Source: a virus
Length of the DNA: 10,331 nucleotides
Strand: one strand, 5' to 3'
UHGV virus genome: UHGV-0298894
Shown: positions 1 to 6,296 of the stretch, piece after piece
Layout: each line of letters begins with the position of its first letter
How positions within the stretch are numbered: the first letter of the stretch is position 1
Notes under the pieces: generated by a model
What the model was told of the DNA's origin: nothing
Databases searched by the model: none
What the model saw: the letters and a program-made list of their open reading frames with translations, nothing else
Position numbers and translations under genes: made by a program

Positions 1-90
1 CGACCGTTCATCAATCCTCGACGGATGTTTACTACCGTATCCAAAGCGGCATTGATGGCGATCGGGCAGGGCGTCAGGAGGGCAGCATGA
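1..90 (+). CDS. 3' end of an upstream nin-region ORF (NinD-like C-terminus; 5' end lies outside the window)
   Basis: Frame 1 is open from the window edge (...[29 protein letters not shown]) and stops at TGA 88-90, overlapping the ninE start as ATGA. Position immediately upstream of ninE fits lambdoid nin-operon synteny. The NinD assignment is from memory and synteny only. Confidence 0.4.
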   Translation, partial: RPFINPRRMFTTVSKAALMAIGQGVRRAA

Positions 91-263
91 GACGACAGCG
101 ACGAAGTATCACCGACATCATCTGCGAAAACTGCAAATACCTTCCAACGAAGCGCTCCAGAAATAAACGCAAGCCAATCCCAAAAGAATCTGACGTAAAA
201 ACCTTCAACTACACGGCTCACCTGTGGGATATCCGGTGGCTAAGACATCGTGCGAGGAAATGA
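87..263 (+). CDS. ninE: NinE protein (58 aa)
   Basis: ATG 87 is preceded by AGGAGGG (76-82); stop TGA 261-263. Translation [58 protein letters not shown] matches the lambda NinE sequence as I recall it. It is below the length cutoff of the supplied ORF track. Confidence 0.8.
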   Translation: MRRQRRSITDIICENCKYLPTKRSRNKRKPIPKESDVKTFNYTAHLWDIRWLRHRARK

Positions 264-265
264 CA

Positions 266-625
266 ATGGATTATTCACAGTTAAGTGATTTTGAAATTAA
301 CAAGCGAGTGGCAATTTGCTGTGGATTTGCTCCCGAAGATTGCGAAATCGCAAAGTTGGGAACATCAATCGTTGGTGTTGAGTGGGATGACGAAACTGGT
401 TATGCAATAAAAACGGTTGATTACTGTAAAAGCCCATCAGACGCAGAGCCGATTATCGTAGAGAACAGAATTGGCATTATTCCAGCGCCAGAAAATGGAT
501 TATGGAAGGCAGCGCATAGAAAAGTTGGCAGTGATAGTACCCCATATCATATGACTCAAGATGAAAACCCACTCCGCGCCGCCATGATTGTCTTTCTCAT
601 GATGCAGGACGCCAATAATGCTTAG
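266..625 (+). CDS. NinX-like protein (DUF2591 family), about 120 aa
   Basis: ORF 224..625 in the track. The likely start is ATG 266, with GAGGAA at 254-259 about 6 nt upstream; ATG 260 (ATGA overlap with the ninE stop) is an alternative. Its position between ninE and ninF matches ninX in P22-type nin regions. Confidence 0.6.
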   Translation: MDYSQLSDFEINKRVAICCGFAPEDCEIAKLGTSIVGVEWDDETGYAIKTVDYCKSPSDAEPIIVENRIGIIPAPENGLWKAAHRKVGSDSTPYHMTQDENPLRAAMIVFLMMQDANNA

Positions 626-794
626 CCCATCCCAATCCCTTCAATACCAGAAAGAAAGCGTCGAGCGGGCTTTAACGTGCGCTAACTGCGGCCAGAAGCT
701 GCATGTGCTGGAAGTTCACGTGTGTGAGCACTGCTGCGCAGAACTGATGAGCGATCCGAATAGCTCAATGTACGAGGAAGAAGACGATGAATGA
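618..794 (+). CDS. ninF: NinF protein (58 aa), Cys-rich
   Basis: ATG 618, stop TGA 792-794. Translation MLSPSQSLQYQKESVERALTCANCGQKLHVLEVHVCEHCCAELMSDPNSSMYEEEDDE matches recalled lambda NinF. It overlaps the ninX-like stop by 8 nt and the next gene as ATGAATGA. Confidence 0.75.
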   Translation: MLSPSQSLQYQKESVERALTCANCGQKLHVLEVHVCEHCCAELMSDPNSSMYEEEDDE

Positions 795-1509
795 GTTAAT
801 AAATGGCAATGCCATCAAAATGACAAGCATTGAAATCGCTGAGTTGGTGGGTAAGCGTCATGACAATGTGAAACGTACCATCGAAACGCTGGCTAAAAAT
901 GGTGTTATCCGGCTTCCTCAAATTGAGGTTTCCGAAAGAATCAATAACTTAGGGTTCAATGTTCAGTACGAGCATTACGTCTTCGAGGGCGAACAAGGTA
1001 AGCGAGACAGTATTGTCGTTGTTGCCCAGTTGTCGCCAGAGTTCACCGCTCGCCTTGTTGACCGCTGGCGAGAGCTTGAAGAAGCTGCGGTTAATATCCC
1101 AAAAACGCTACCAGAAGCGTTGCGCCTTGCTGCTGACCTTGCTGAGCAGAAAATGCAACTGGAAAACCAGCTCGCAATTGCCGCACCTAAAGTTGAGTTT
1201 GCCGATCGCGTTGGCGAGGCCAGCGGAATTTTGATTGGAAACTTTGCAAAGGTTGTCGGTATTGGTCCAAACAAACTGTTTGCGTGGATGCGCGATCACA
1301 AAATCCTTATTGCTTCAGGTTCCCGGCGCAATGTGCCAATGCAGGAATATATGGATCGCGGCTATTTCACAGTGAAAGAAACAGCGTTCAACACAAATCA
1401 CGGAATACAGATATCGTTCACCACAAAAATCACCGGGCGTGGTCAACAGTGGCTGACCAGAAGGCTGCTCTATAGCGGAATGCTGAAAGTAACAGGGGAG
1501 GCTGCTTAA
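787..1509 (+). CDS. Phage antirepressor: N-terminal Rha regulatory domain plus C-terminal KilA-C (ANT) domain
   Basis: 240-aa ORF. The N-terminus (...MTSIEIAELVGKRHDNVKRTIETL...) looks like the Phage_pRha family and the C-terminal half like the KilA-C/ANT antirepressor domain. Start is coupled to the ninF stop. Confidence 0.8.
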   Translation: MNELINGNAIKMTSIEIAELVGKRHDNVKRTIETLAKNGVIRLPQIEVSERINNLGFNVQYEHYVFEGEQGKRDSIVVVAQLSPEFTARLVDRWRELEEAAVNIPKTLPEALRLAADLAEQKMQLENQLAIAAPKVEFADRVGEASGILIGNFAKVVGIGPNKLFAWMRDHKILIASGSRRNVPMQEYMDRGYFTVKETAFNTNHGIQISFTTKITGRGQQWLTRRLLYSGMLKVTGEAA

Positions 1510-1799
1510 TGGCTAAACTACGCAAAGAAGCGCGCGGCAGAGAATGCCAGGTACGTATTTACGGCGTATGCAATGGTAATCCTGAAACTACAGTTCTGGC
1601 ACATTACCGGATGGCTGGAATTTGCGGAACGGGAATAAAGCCTGACGACCTGATCGGCGCATGGGCTTGTAGCGCGTGTCACGATGAAATCGACCGACGC
1701 ACCCATAATCTCGACAACAAAGACGCCAGACTTTACCACCTCGAAGGCGTGATCAGGACGCAGGCGATACTACTGAAGGAGGGGAAGATTAAGCCATGA
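1509..1799 (+). CDS. ybcO: YbcO-like protein (DUF1364, putative nuclease), 96 aa
   Basis: MAKLRKEARGRECQVRIYGVCNGNPETTVLAH...ACSACHDEIDRRTH resembles E. coli DLP12 YbcO, with a Cys/His-rich motif. Start overlaps the Rha stop (TAATG). It sits immediately upstream of rusA, as in DLP12. Confidence 0.75.
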   Translation: MAKLRKEARGRECQVRIYGVCNGNPETTVLAHYRMAGICGTGIKPDDLIGAWACSACHDEIDRRTHNLDNKDARLYHLEGVIRTQAILLKEGKIKP

Positions 1800-2158
1800 A
1801 CGAATATCAGTTTGTGCTTCCATACCCGCCGTCGGTGAATACCTACTGGCGAAGACGGGGAAGCCAATACTACATCAGCGATAAAGGCCAGAAATACCGA
1901 AAAGACGTTCAGCAAATCATCCGCAAACTTAAGTTAGACATTTTCACCAAATCACGACTCCGTATCAAAGTAATCGCAGACGTTCCAGACTCCCGCCGCC
2001 GCGACCTCGACAACATCCTGAAAGGTTTACTCGACTCCCTTATCCACGCCGGATTTGCGGAAGACGACGAGCAATTCGATGACATTCGCGTAATTCGTGG
2101 CGTGAAAGTACCAGGCGGAAGGCTTGGAATAAAAATCACCGAACTGGAGAACGTATGA
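1796..2158 (+). CDS. rusA: RusA Holliday-junction resolvase (120 aa)
   Basis: Matches the RusA family in length and motifs (LPYPPSVN...YW, DVPDSRRRDLDNILKGLLDSL, GGRLGIKITEL). ATGA overlap with the ybcO-like stop. Confidence 0.9.
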   Translation: MNEYQFVLPYPPSVNTYWRRRGSQYYISDKGQKYRKDVQQIIRKLKLDIFTKSRLRIKVIADVPDSRRRDLDNILKGLLDSLIHAGFAEDDEQFDDIRVIRGVKVPGGRLGIKITELENV

Positions 2159-2343
2159 ACGCCACAATTCAAACGATACCAGAGCTTCTTATCCAGACAC
2201 GAGGCAATCAGACCGAAGTGGCGAGGATGCTTTCCTGCGCAAGAGGAACAGTGCTCAAGTACAACCGAGACAGCAAAGGTGAGCGTCACGTAATAGTTAA
2301 CGGCGTCCTGATGGTCAAACAGGGCAAGAGGGGAAGACGATGA
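2155..2343 (+). CDS. ninH: NinH-like small DNA-binding protein (62 aa)
   Basis: Pattern TIPELL...GNQTEVARML.C.RGTVLKY...G..H.IVNGVLMV parallels recalled lambda NinH. ATGA overlaps on both sides. Confidence 0.75.
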   Translation: MNATIQTIPELLIQTRGNQTEVARMLSCARGTVLKYNRDSKGERHVIVNGVLMVKQGKRGRR

Positions 2344-2963
2344 GACTCGAAAGCGTAGCTAAATTTCACTCGCCAAAAAGCCCGATGATGAGCGACTCAC
2401 CACGGGCCACGGCTTCTGACTCTCTTTCCGGTACTGATGTGATGGCTGCTATGGGGATGGCGCAATCACAAGCCGGATTCGGAATGGCTGCATTCTGCGG
2501 TAAGCATGAACTCAGCCAGAACGACAAACAAAAGGCTATCAACTACCTGATGCAATTTGCACACAAGGTATCGGGGAAATACCGTGGTGTGGCAAAGCTC
2601 GAAGGAAATACTAAGGCAAAGGTACTGCAAGTGCTCGCAACATTCGCTTATGCGGATTATTGCCGTAGTGCCGCGACGCCTGGCGCAAGATGCAGAGATT
2701 GTCACGGTACAGGCCGTGCGGTTGATATAGCAAAAACAGAGCAGTGGGGGAGAGTTGTTGAGAAAGAATGCGGAAGATGCAAAGGTGTCGGCTATTCAAG
2801 GATGCCAGCAAGCGCCGCATATCGCGCTGTGACGATGCTAATCCCAAATCTTACCCAACCCACCTGGTCACGCACTGTTAAGCCGCTGTATGACGCTCTG
2901 GTGGTGCAATGCCACAAAGAAGAGTCAATCGCAGACAACATTTTGAATGCGGTCACACGTTAG
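2340..2963 (+). CDS. Q: Late-gene antiterminator Q (lambda type), 207 aa
   Basis: Translation MRLESVAKFHSPKSPMMSDSPRATASDSLSG...CRDCHGTGRAVD...CGRCKGVGYSR...NILNAVTR is essentially the lambda Q sequence as I recall it, including the zinc-binding Cys motif. It is followed by a pR'/qut-like promoter. Confidence 0.95.
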   Translation: MRLESVAKFHSPKSPMMSDSPRATASDSLSGTDVMAAMGMAQSQAGFGMAAFCGKHELSQNDKQKAINYLMQFAHKVSGKYRGVAKLEGNTKAKVLQVLATFAYADYCRSAATPGARCRDCHGTGRAVDIAKTEQWGRVVEKECGRCKGVGYSRMPASAAYRAVTMLIPNLTQPTWSRTVKPLYDALVVQCHKEESIADNILNAVTR

Positions 2964-3005
2964 CAGCATGATTGCCACGGATGGCAACATATTAACGGCA
3001 TGATA

Positions 3006-3034
3006 TTGACTTTTTGAATAAAGTTGGGTAAATT
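3006..3034 (+). promoter_or_regulatory. Late promoter pR' with overlapping qut (Q-utilisation) site
   Basis: -35 TTGACT (3006-3011), 17-nt spacer, -10 TAAATT (3029-3034), immediately downstream of Q. The sequence matches the lambda pR' region from memory. Confidence 0.8.
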
Positions 3035-3040
3035 TGACCC

Positions 3041-3234
3041 AACGATGGGGTAATTCGCTCGTTGTGGTAGTGAGATGAAAAGAGGCGGCGCTTACTACCG
3101 ATTCCGCCTAGTTGGTCACTTCGACGTATCGTCTGGAACTCCAACCATCGCAGGCTGAGAGGTCTGCAAAATGCAATCCCGAAACAGTTCGCAGGTAATA
3201 GTTAGAGCCTGCATAACGGTTTCGGGATTTTTTA
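3041..3234 (+). ncRNA. 6S-type short late leader transcript (pR' to tR')
   Basis: Predicted start about 7 nt after the -10, ending at the tR' U-run, about 194 nt as for lambda 6S RNA. Boundaries are inferred from the promoter and terminator positions. Confidence 0.65.
3175..3234 (+). terminator. Intrinsic terminator tR'
   Basis: Perfect 11-bp inverted repeat AATCCCGAAAC (3175-3185) / GTTTCGGGATT (3219-3229) enclosing an inner GCAGG/CCTGC hairpin (3191-3212), followed by a T-run. Confidence 0.85.
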
Positions 3235-3243
3235 TATCTGTGT

Positions 3244-3259
3244 AACAGGTAAGAGCATT
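3244..3259 (+). repeat. Left copy of 16-nt direct repeat AACAGGTAAGAGCATT
   Basis: Read directly from the sequence; pairs with 3660..3675 (15 of 16 identical). Confidence 0.7.
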
Positions 3260-3659
3260 CTCCCTTATGGGGCTTGGCTTAAATGCACCGAGTGCTCTTA
3301 TCGTTGTGGCAGCACAACGATAGTTTTCGTCAGAGTTGGCGACTTTGCGGGTTTTTAGAAACTGACCACAAAGATAAATGCAAACGATGATTTGATGTTG
3401 ATGGCGGCCTAAGAGACCAAAATCACTGGGTCTTCCGACTCCCAGCTACCAAATTCGGCGCACTGGCCCGGTGTGATTAATAATGGGCACCCATTCAAAT
3501 GTACTCTCGGTAGGTTCGATTCCTGACTAGACCCAGATGGCGACGGGGAGGGTCCAATTGAGTGGGTAACAACGGGCATGTCGCCTTAGTAAATCCCTCA
3601 AGGGTGCGACGCATAGACCGGTACTAGCGTCGCCGTTAGCTCCACGAAACGGAGCGCAC
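3260..3659 (+). other. Non-coding segment in the late leader between tR' and S, apparently absent from lambda; hairpin-rich candidate structured RNA or cargo remnant
   Basis: The Q-stop to S-start distance is 1102 bp here against about 676 bp in lambda (recalled coordinates). No sense-strand ORF exceeds 35 codons. Contains a perfect 10-bp hairpin (3299-3322), hairpins at 3606-3633 and 3639-3655, and a GGTTCGATTCC T-loop-like motif (3513-3523). Confidence 0.5.
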
Positions 3660-3675
3660 AACAGGTAAGAGTATT
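3660..3675 (+). repeat. Right copy of 16-nt direct repeat AACAGGTAAGAGTATT
   Basis: Read directly from the sequence; one mismatch (C/T) against 3244..3259. Confidence 0.7.
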
Positions 3676-4043
3676 TGTAGAGTTCGACTCTCTATCGTGG
3701 GCTTTTTCCAGCGATGCGAGCCATAAATGCTCTTTCCGTTGTGCTGAATTAAGCGAATACCGGAAGCAGAACCGGATCATCAAATGCGTACAGGCGTCAT
3801 CGCCGCCCAGCAACAGCACAACCCAAACTGAGCCGTAGCCACTGGCTATCCTGAATTCATCAGTGATAGTTACGCTGCGGCCTTCTACACATGACCTCGT
3901 GAAAGCGGGTGGCAAGAGGCTGCGCTAACAACCTCATGCCGTTTTGCCCGTGCATATCGGTCACGAACAAATCTGATTACTAAACACAGTAGCCTGGATT
4001 TGTTCTATCAGTAATCGACCTTATTCCTAATTAAATAGAGCAA

Positions 4044-4074
4044 ATCCCCTTATTGGGGGTAAGACATGAAGATG
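4044..4074 (+). promoter_or_regulatory. S translation-initiation control region (sdi hairpin plus dual start Met1/Met3)
   Basis: CCCC-TTATT-GGGGG hairpin (4046-4059) sequesters the Shine-Dalgarno sequence. Tandem starts ATG 4066 (S107 antiholin) and ATG 4072 (S105 holin) give MKMPEK, as in lambda. Confidence 0.6.
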
Positions 4075-4389
4075 CCAGAAAAACATGACCTGTTAGCCGC
4101 CATTCTCGCGGCAAAGGAACAAGGCATCGGGGCAATCCTTGCGTTTGCAATGGCGTACCTTCGCGGCAGATATAATGGCGGTGCGTTTACAAAAACAGTA
4201 ATCGACGCAACGATGTGCGCCATTATCGCCTGGTTCATTCGTGACCTTCTCGACTTCGCTGGACTAAGTAGCAATCTCGCTTATATAACGAGCGTGTTCA
4301 TCGGCTACATCGGTACTGACTCGATTGGTTCGCTTATCAAACGCTTCGCTGCTAAAAAAGCCGGAGTAGAAGATGGTGGAAATCAATAA
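4066..4389 (+). CDS. S: Holin/antiholin S (class I holin, lambda type), 107 aa
   Basis: [39 protein letters not shown]... is near-identical to recalled lambda S, with the dual-start motif and three predicted transmembrane segments. Confidence 0.95.
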   Translation: MKMPEKHDLLAAILAAKEQGIGAILAFAMAYLRGRYNGGAFTKTVIDATMCAIIAWFIRDLLDFAGLSSNLAYITSVFIGYIGTDSIGSLIKRFAAKKAGVEDGGNQ

Positions 4390-4849
4390 TCAACGTAAGG
4401 CGTTCCTCGATATGCTGGCGTGGTCAGAGGGAACTGATAACGGACGGCAGAAAACCAGAAATCATGGTTATGACGTCATTGTTGGCGGAGAGCTATTTAC
4501 TGATTACTCCGATCACCCTCGCAAACTTGTCACGCTAAACCCCAAACTCAAATCAACAGCAGCCGGACGTTACCAGCTTCTTTCCCGTTGGTGGGATGCC
4601 TATCGTAAGCAGCTTGGCCTGAAAGACTTCTCTCCGAAAAGCCAGGACGCTGTGGCATTGCAGCAGATTAAAGAGCGTGGCGCTTTACCGATGATTGATC
4701 GCGGTGATATTCGTCAGGCAATTGACCGTTGCAGCAATATCTGGGCTTCACTGCCGGGCGCTGGTTATGGTCAGTTCGAGCATAAGGCTGACAGCCTGAT
4801 TGCAAAATTCAAAGAAGCAGGCGGAACGGTCAGAGAGATTGAGGTATGA
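4373..4849 (+). CDS. R: Endolysin R (lytic transglycosylase, lambda type), 158 aa
   Basis: [39 protein letters not shown]... matches recalled lambda R. Overlaps the S 3' end and the Rz start. Confidence 0.95.
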   Translation: MVEINNQRKAFLDMLAWSEGTDNGRQKTRNHGYDVIVGGELFTDYSDHPRKLVTLNPKLKSTAAGRYQLLSRWWDAYRKQLGLKDFSPKSQDAVALQQIKERGALPMIDRGDIRQAIDRCSNIWASLPGAGYGQFEHKADSLIAKFKEAGGTVREIEV

Positions 4850-5283
4850 GCAGAGTAACCGCGATTATCTCCGCTCTGGTTATCTGCATCATCGTCTGCC
4901 TGTCATGGGCTGTTAATCATTACCGTGATAACGCCATCGCCTACAAAGAACAGCGCGATAAAGCCACGTACATCATCGCTGATATGCAGAAGCGTCAACG
5001 TGATGTAGCAGAACTCGACGCCAGATACACAAAGGAGCTTGCTGATGCTAACGCGACTATCGAAAGTCTCCGTGCTGATGTTTCTGCTGGTCGTAAGCGC
5101 CTGCAAGTCGCCGCCACCTGTGCAAAGTCAACGACCGGAGCCAGCAGCATGGGCGATGGAGAAAGCCCAAGACTTACAGCAGATGCTGAACTCAATTATT
5201 ACCGTCTCCGAAGTGGAATCGACAAGATAACCGCGCAGGTTAACTACCTGCAGGAGTACATCAGGACGCAATGCCTGAAATAA
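4846..5283 (+). CDS. Rz: Spanin inner-membrane subunit Rz (i-spanin), 145 aa
   Basis: N-terminal transmembrane segment [31 protein letters not shown] matches lambda Rz for about 30 residues, then diverges into a coiled-coil-like periplasmic domain. ATGA overlap with the R stop. Confidence 0.85.
   Translation: MSRVTAIISALVICIIVCLSWAVNHYRDNAIAYKEQRDKATYIIADMQKRQRDVAELDARYTKELADANATIESLRADVSAGRKRLQVAATCAKSTTGASSMGDGESPRLTADAELNYYRLRSGIDKITAQVNYLQEYIRTQCLK
5045..5230 (+). CDS. Rz1: Spanin outer-membrane lipoprotein Rz1 (o-spanin), embedded in the +1 frame of Rz
   Basis: AAGGAG (5032-5037) lies 7 nt before ATG 5045. The signal peptide [20 protein letters not shown] carries a lipobox (VSAC) followed by a Pro-rich mature region ([13 protein letters not shown]...). 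The track lists a TTG-initiated version from 5039. Confidence 0.7.
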   Translation: MLTRLSKVSVLMFLLVVSACKSPPPVQSQRPEPAAWAMEKAQDLQQMLNSIITVSEVESTR

Positions 5284-5316
5284 TTTTTTTTGCAAATCAC
5301 AAAGTCCATTTAATGA

Positions 5317-5338
5317 GCCTCGCGATGCGGGGCTTTTT
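5317..5338 (+). terminator. Intrinsic terminator downstream of Rz
   Basis: GCCTCGC-GAT-GCGGGGC stem-loop (7 bp including one G-U pair) followed by TTTTT (5334-5338). Confidence 0.6.
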
Positions 5339-5345
5339 GCAATAA

Positions 5346-5370
5346 ATGCGTACCGCAACGCATGTTTTTT
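5346..5370 (+). terminator. Second, tandem intrinsic terminator
   Basis: ATGCGT-ACCGCA-ACGCAT hairpin followed by G and a six-T run. Confidence 0.55.
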
Positions 5371-5485
5371 ACACCGAACCTGACCCTTTGGAATGGGCCT
5401 TTGAGGATACCAGTTAGTGCTGGCGAGCCTCGGTGGGCTGGTTTCCTGTGCGGCAAAGGTTCATTTCAAATGGTAGGTAAACGTT

Positions 5486-6007
5486 ATGAATATCGTGCCA
5501 CTTAACTACAAAGGTGAAATTGTCAGTTTCAACACTGATGGTTGGATCAACGTCACAGGTGTTGCTGAGAGATTTGGGAAACGCATTGATAACTGGATGC
5601 GTTTGGCAGAAACGCTTGAATACGTTCGTGCTTTAGACGAAGCGTTGACCGGGAAAGAATCTCAAATTTTACATCCCTCACAATCGAGGTATGTAAAAAC
5701 CAGCAAGGCACGAAAGGACAGGGGTGGTGGTACGTGGCTACATCCAAAACTTTCAGTTGCATTTGCCCGTTGGTGTGATGCTCGTTTTGCTGTGTGGTGC
5801 GACCTGCACATTGATAGTCTGCTTCGCGGTGAACTGACTGAGCAGCAGAAATATGAGCAAGCATGTCGCATTCGCGATGACCGGAAATCAAAAGCCAGCA
5901 ATGGGGCAAGAGAGATGGCTCGCTGGCGATGGGATAAGCCGGTTATTGAAGCAAATGTCGAGTACTGGCGCGAGCAACTGCAGTTGACTCTCGATATCGC
6001 GTGCTGA
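5486..6007 (+). CDS. KilA-N domain protein (173 aa)
   Basis: N-terminal half (...GWINVTGVAERFGKR...GTWLHPKLSVAFARWCDARFAVWCD...) has the hallmarks of the KilA-N (APSES-like) DNA-binding domain. AGGT lies 8 nt upstream of the ATG. Confidence 0.75.
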   Translation: MNIVPLNYKGEIVSFNTDGWINVTGVAERFGKRIDNWMRLAETLEYVRALDEALTGKESQILHPSQSRYVKTSKARKDRGGGTWLHPKLSVAFARWCDARFAVWCDLHIDSLLRGELTEQQKYEQACRIRDDRKSKASNGAREMARWRWDKPVIEANVEYWREQLQLTLDIAC

Positions 6008-6296
6008 TGGCAAACGCAAAACTGCGTTATCGAAAAAATCAAAGCATTACGAGAACTGAGCAACGGCTATCCATTACAAAGCCCATCTACGGGTGGGCTT
6101 GATAATGAAACCGGAATTTATTCTGGGCAACCAATTAACGGCAGTACAGCGAAACAACCCAAGCCAGTAAGTGGGGAAATAACACTGGCAGCCACTGAAA
6201 GATGAACCTCCTGCCTTATGGCAAAAAAGATTCTTTGTGGTGGCGGACTGATGGAAAGACATCCTAATCAAGCAACCACTCCACAGGGGCATAATT

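Noticed and set aside
224-265. The 5' extension of the ninX-like ORF back to ATG 224, as given in the ORF track
   Set aside because: That start would overlap the last 13 codons of ninE in another frame and lacks a ribosome-binding site, whereas ATG 266 has a well-spaced GAGGAA.
959-1475. Four ORFs overlapping the antirepressor gene (959..1234 +, 975..1274 -, 1108..1299 -, 1284..1475 +)
   Set aside because: They lie wholly inside the 240-aa Rha/KilA-C ORF in alternative frames, have low-complexity Ser/Ala/Arg-rich translations and no ribosome-binding sites; typical shadow ORFs.
3075-3158. 27-codon ORF (MKRGGAYYRFRLVGHFDVSSGTPTIAG*) inside the 6S RNA region, at the position of lambda's hypothetical orf-64
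   Set aside because: It is truncated here by an in-frame TGA relative to my recollection of lambda, overlaps the tR' structured leader, and there is no evidence it is translated even in lambda.
3428-3536. Possible tRNA gene (GGGTCT...GGTTCGATTCC...AGACCCA) inside the inserted segment
   Set aside because: The 5' and 3' ends can pair for 6 bp and the T-loop is near-consensus, but the element would be about 108 nt, with no acceptable D-arm, a non-canonical anticodon loop (no U33 or purine 37) and no encoded CCA. I could not fold a cloverleaf by hand, so it is kept only as a motif observation in the findings.
3598-3915. Minus-strand 105-aa ORF spanning the end of the inserted segment and the S leader
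   Set aside because: It is antisense to the highly transcribed late leader, has no recognisable ribosome-binding site or domain, and straddles the junction between the inserted and lambda-like DNA; most likely a chance ORF.
2964-4065. Shiga-toxin (stxAB) or other protein-coding cargo between Q and S
   Set aside because: No ORF of appropriate size exists on either strand; the longest sense-strand ORF in the inserted segment is 35 codons.
4903-5358. Minus-strand ORFs 4903..5106, 4995..5195 and 5128..5358 overlapping Rz/Rz1
   Set aside because: They are antisense to the well-supported Rz and Rz1 genes and overlap the terminators; shadow ORFs.
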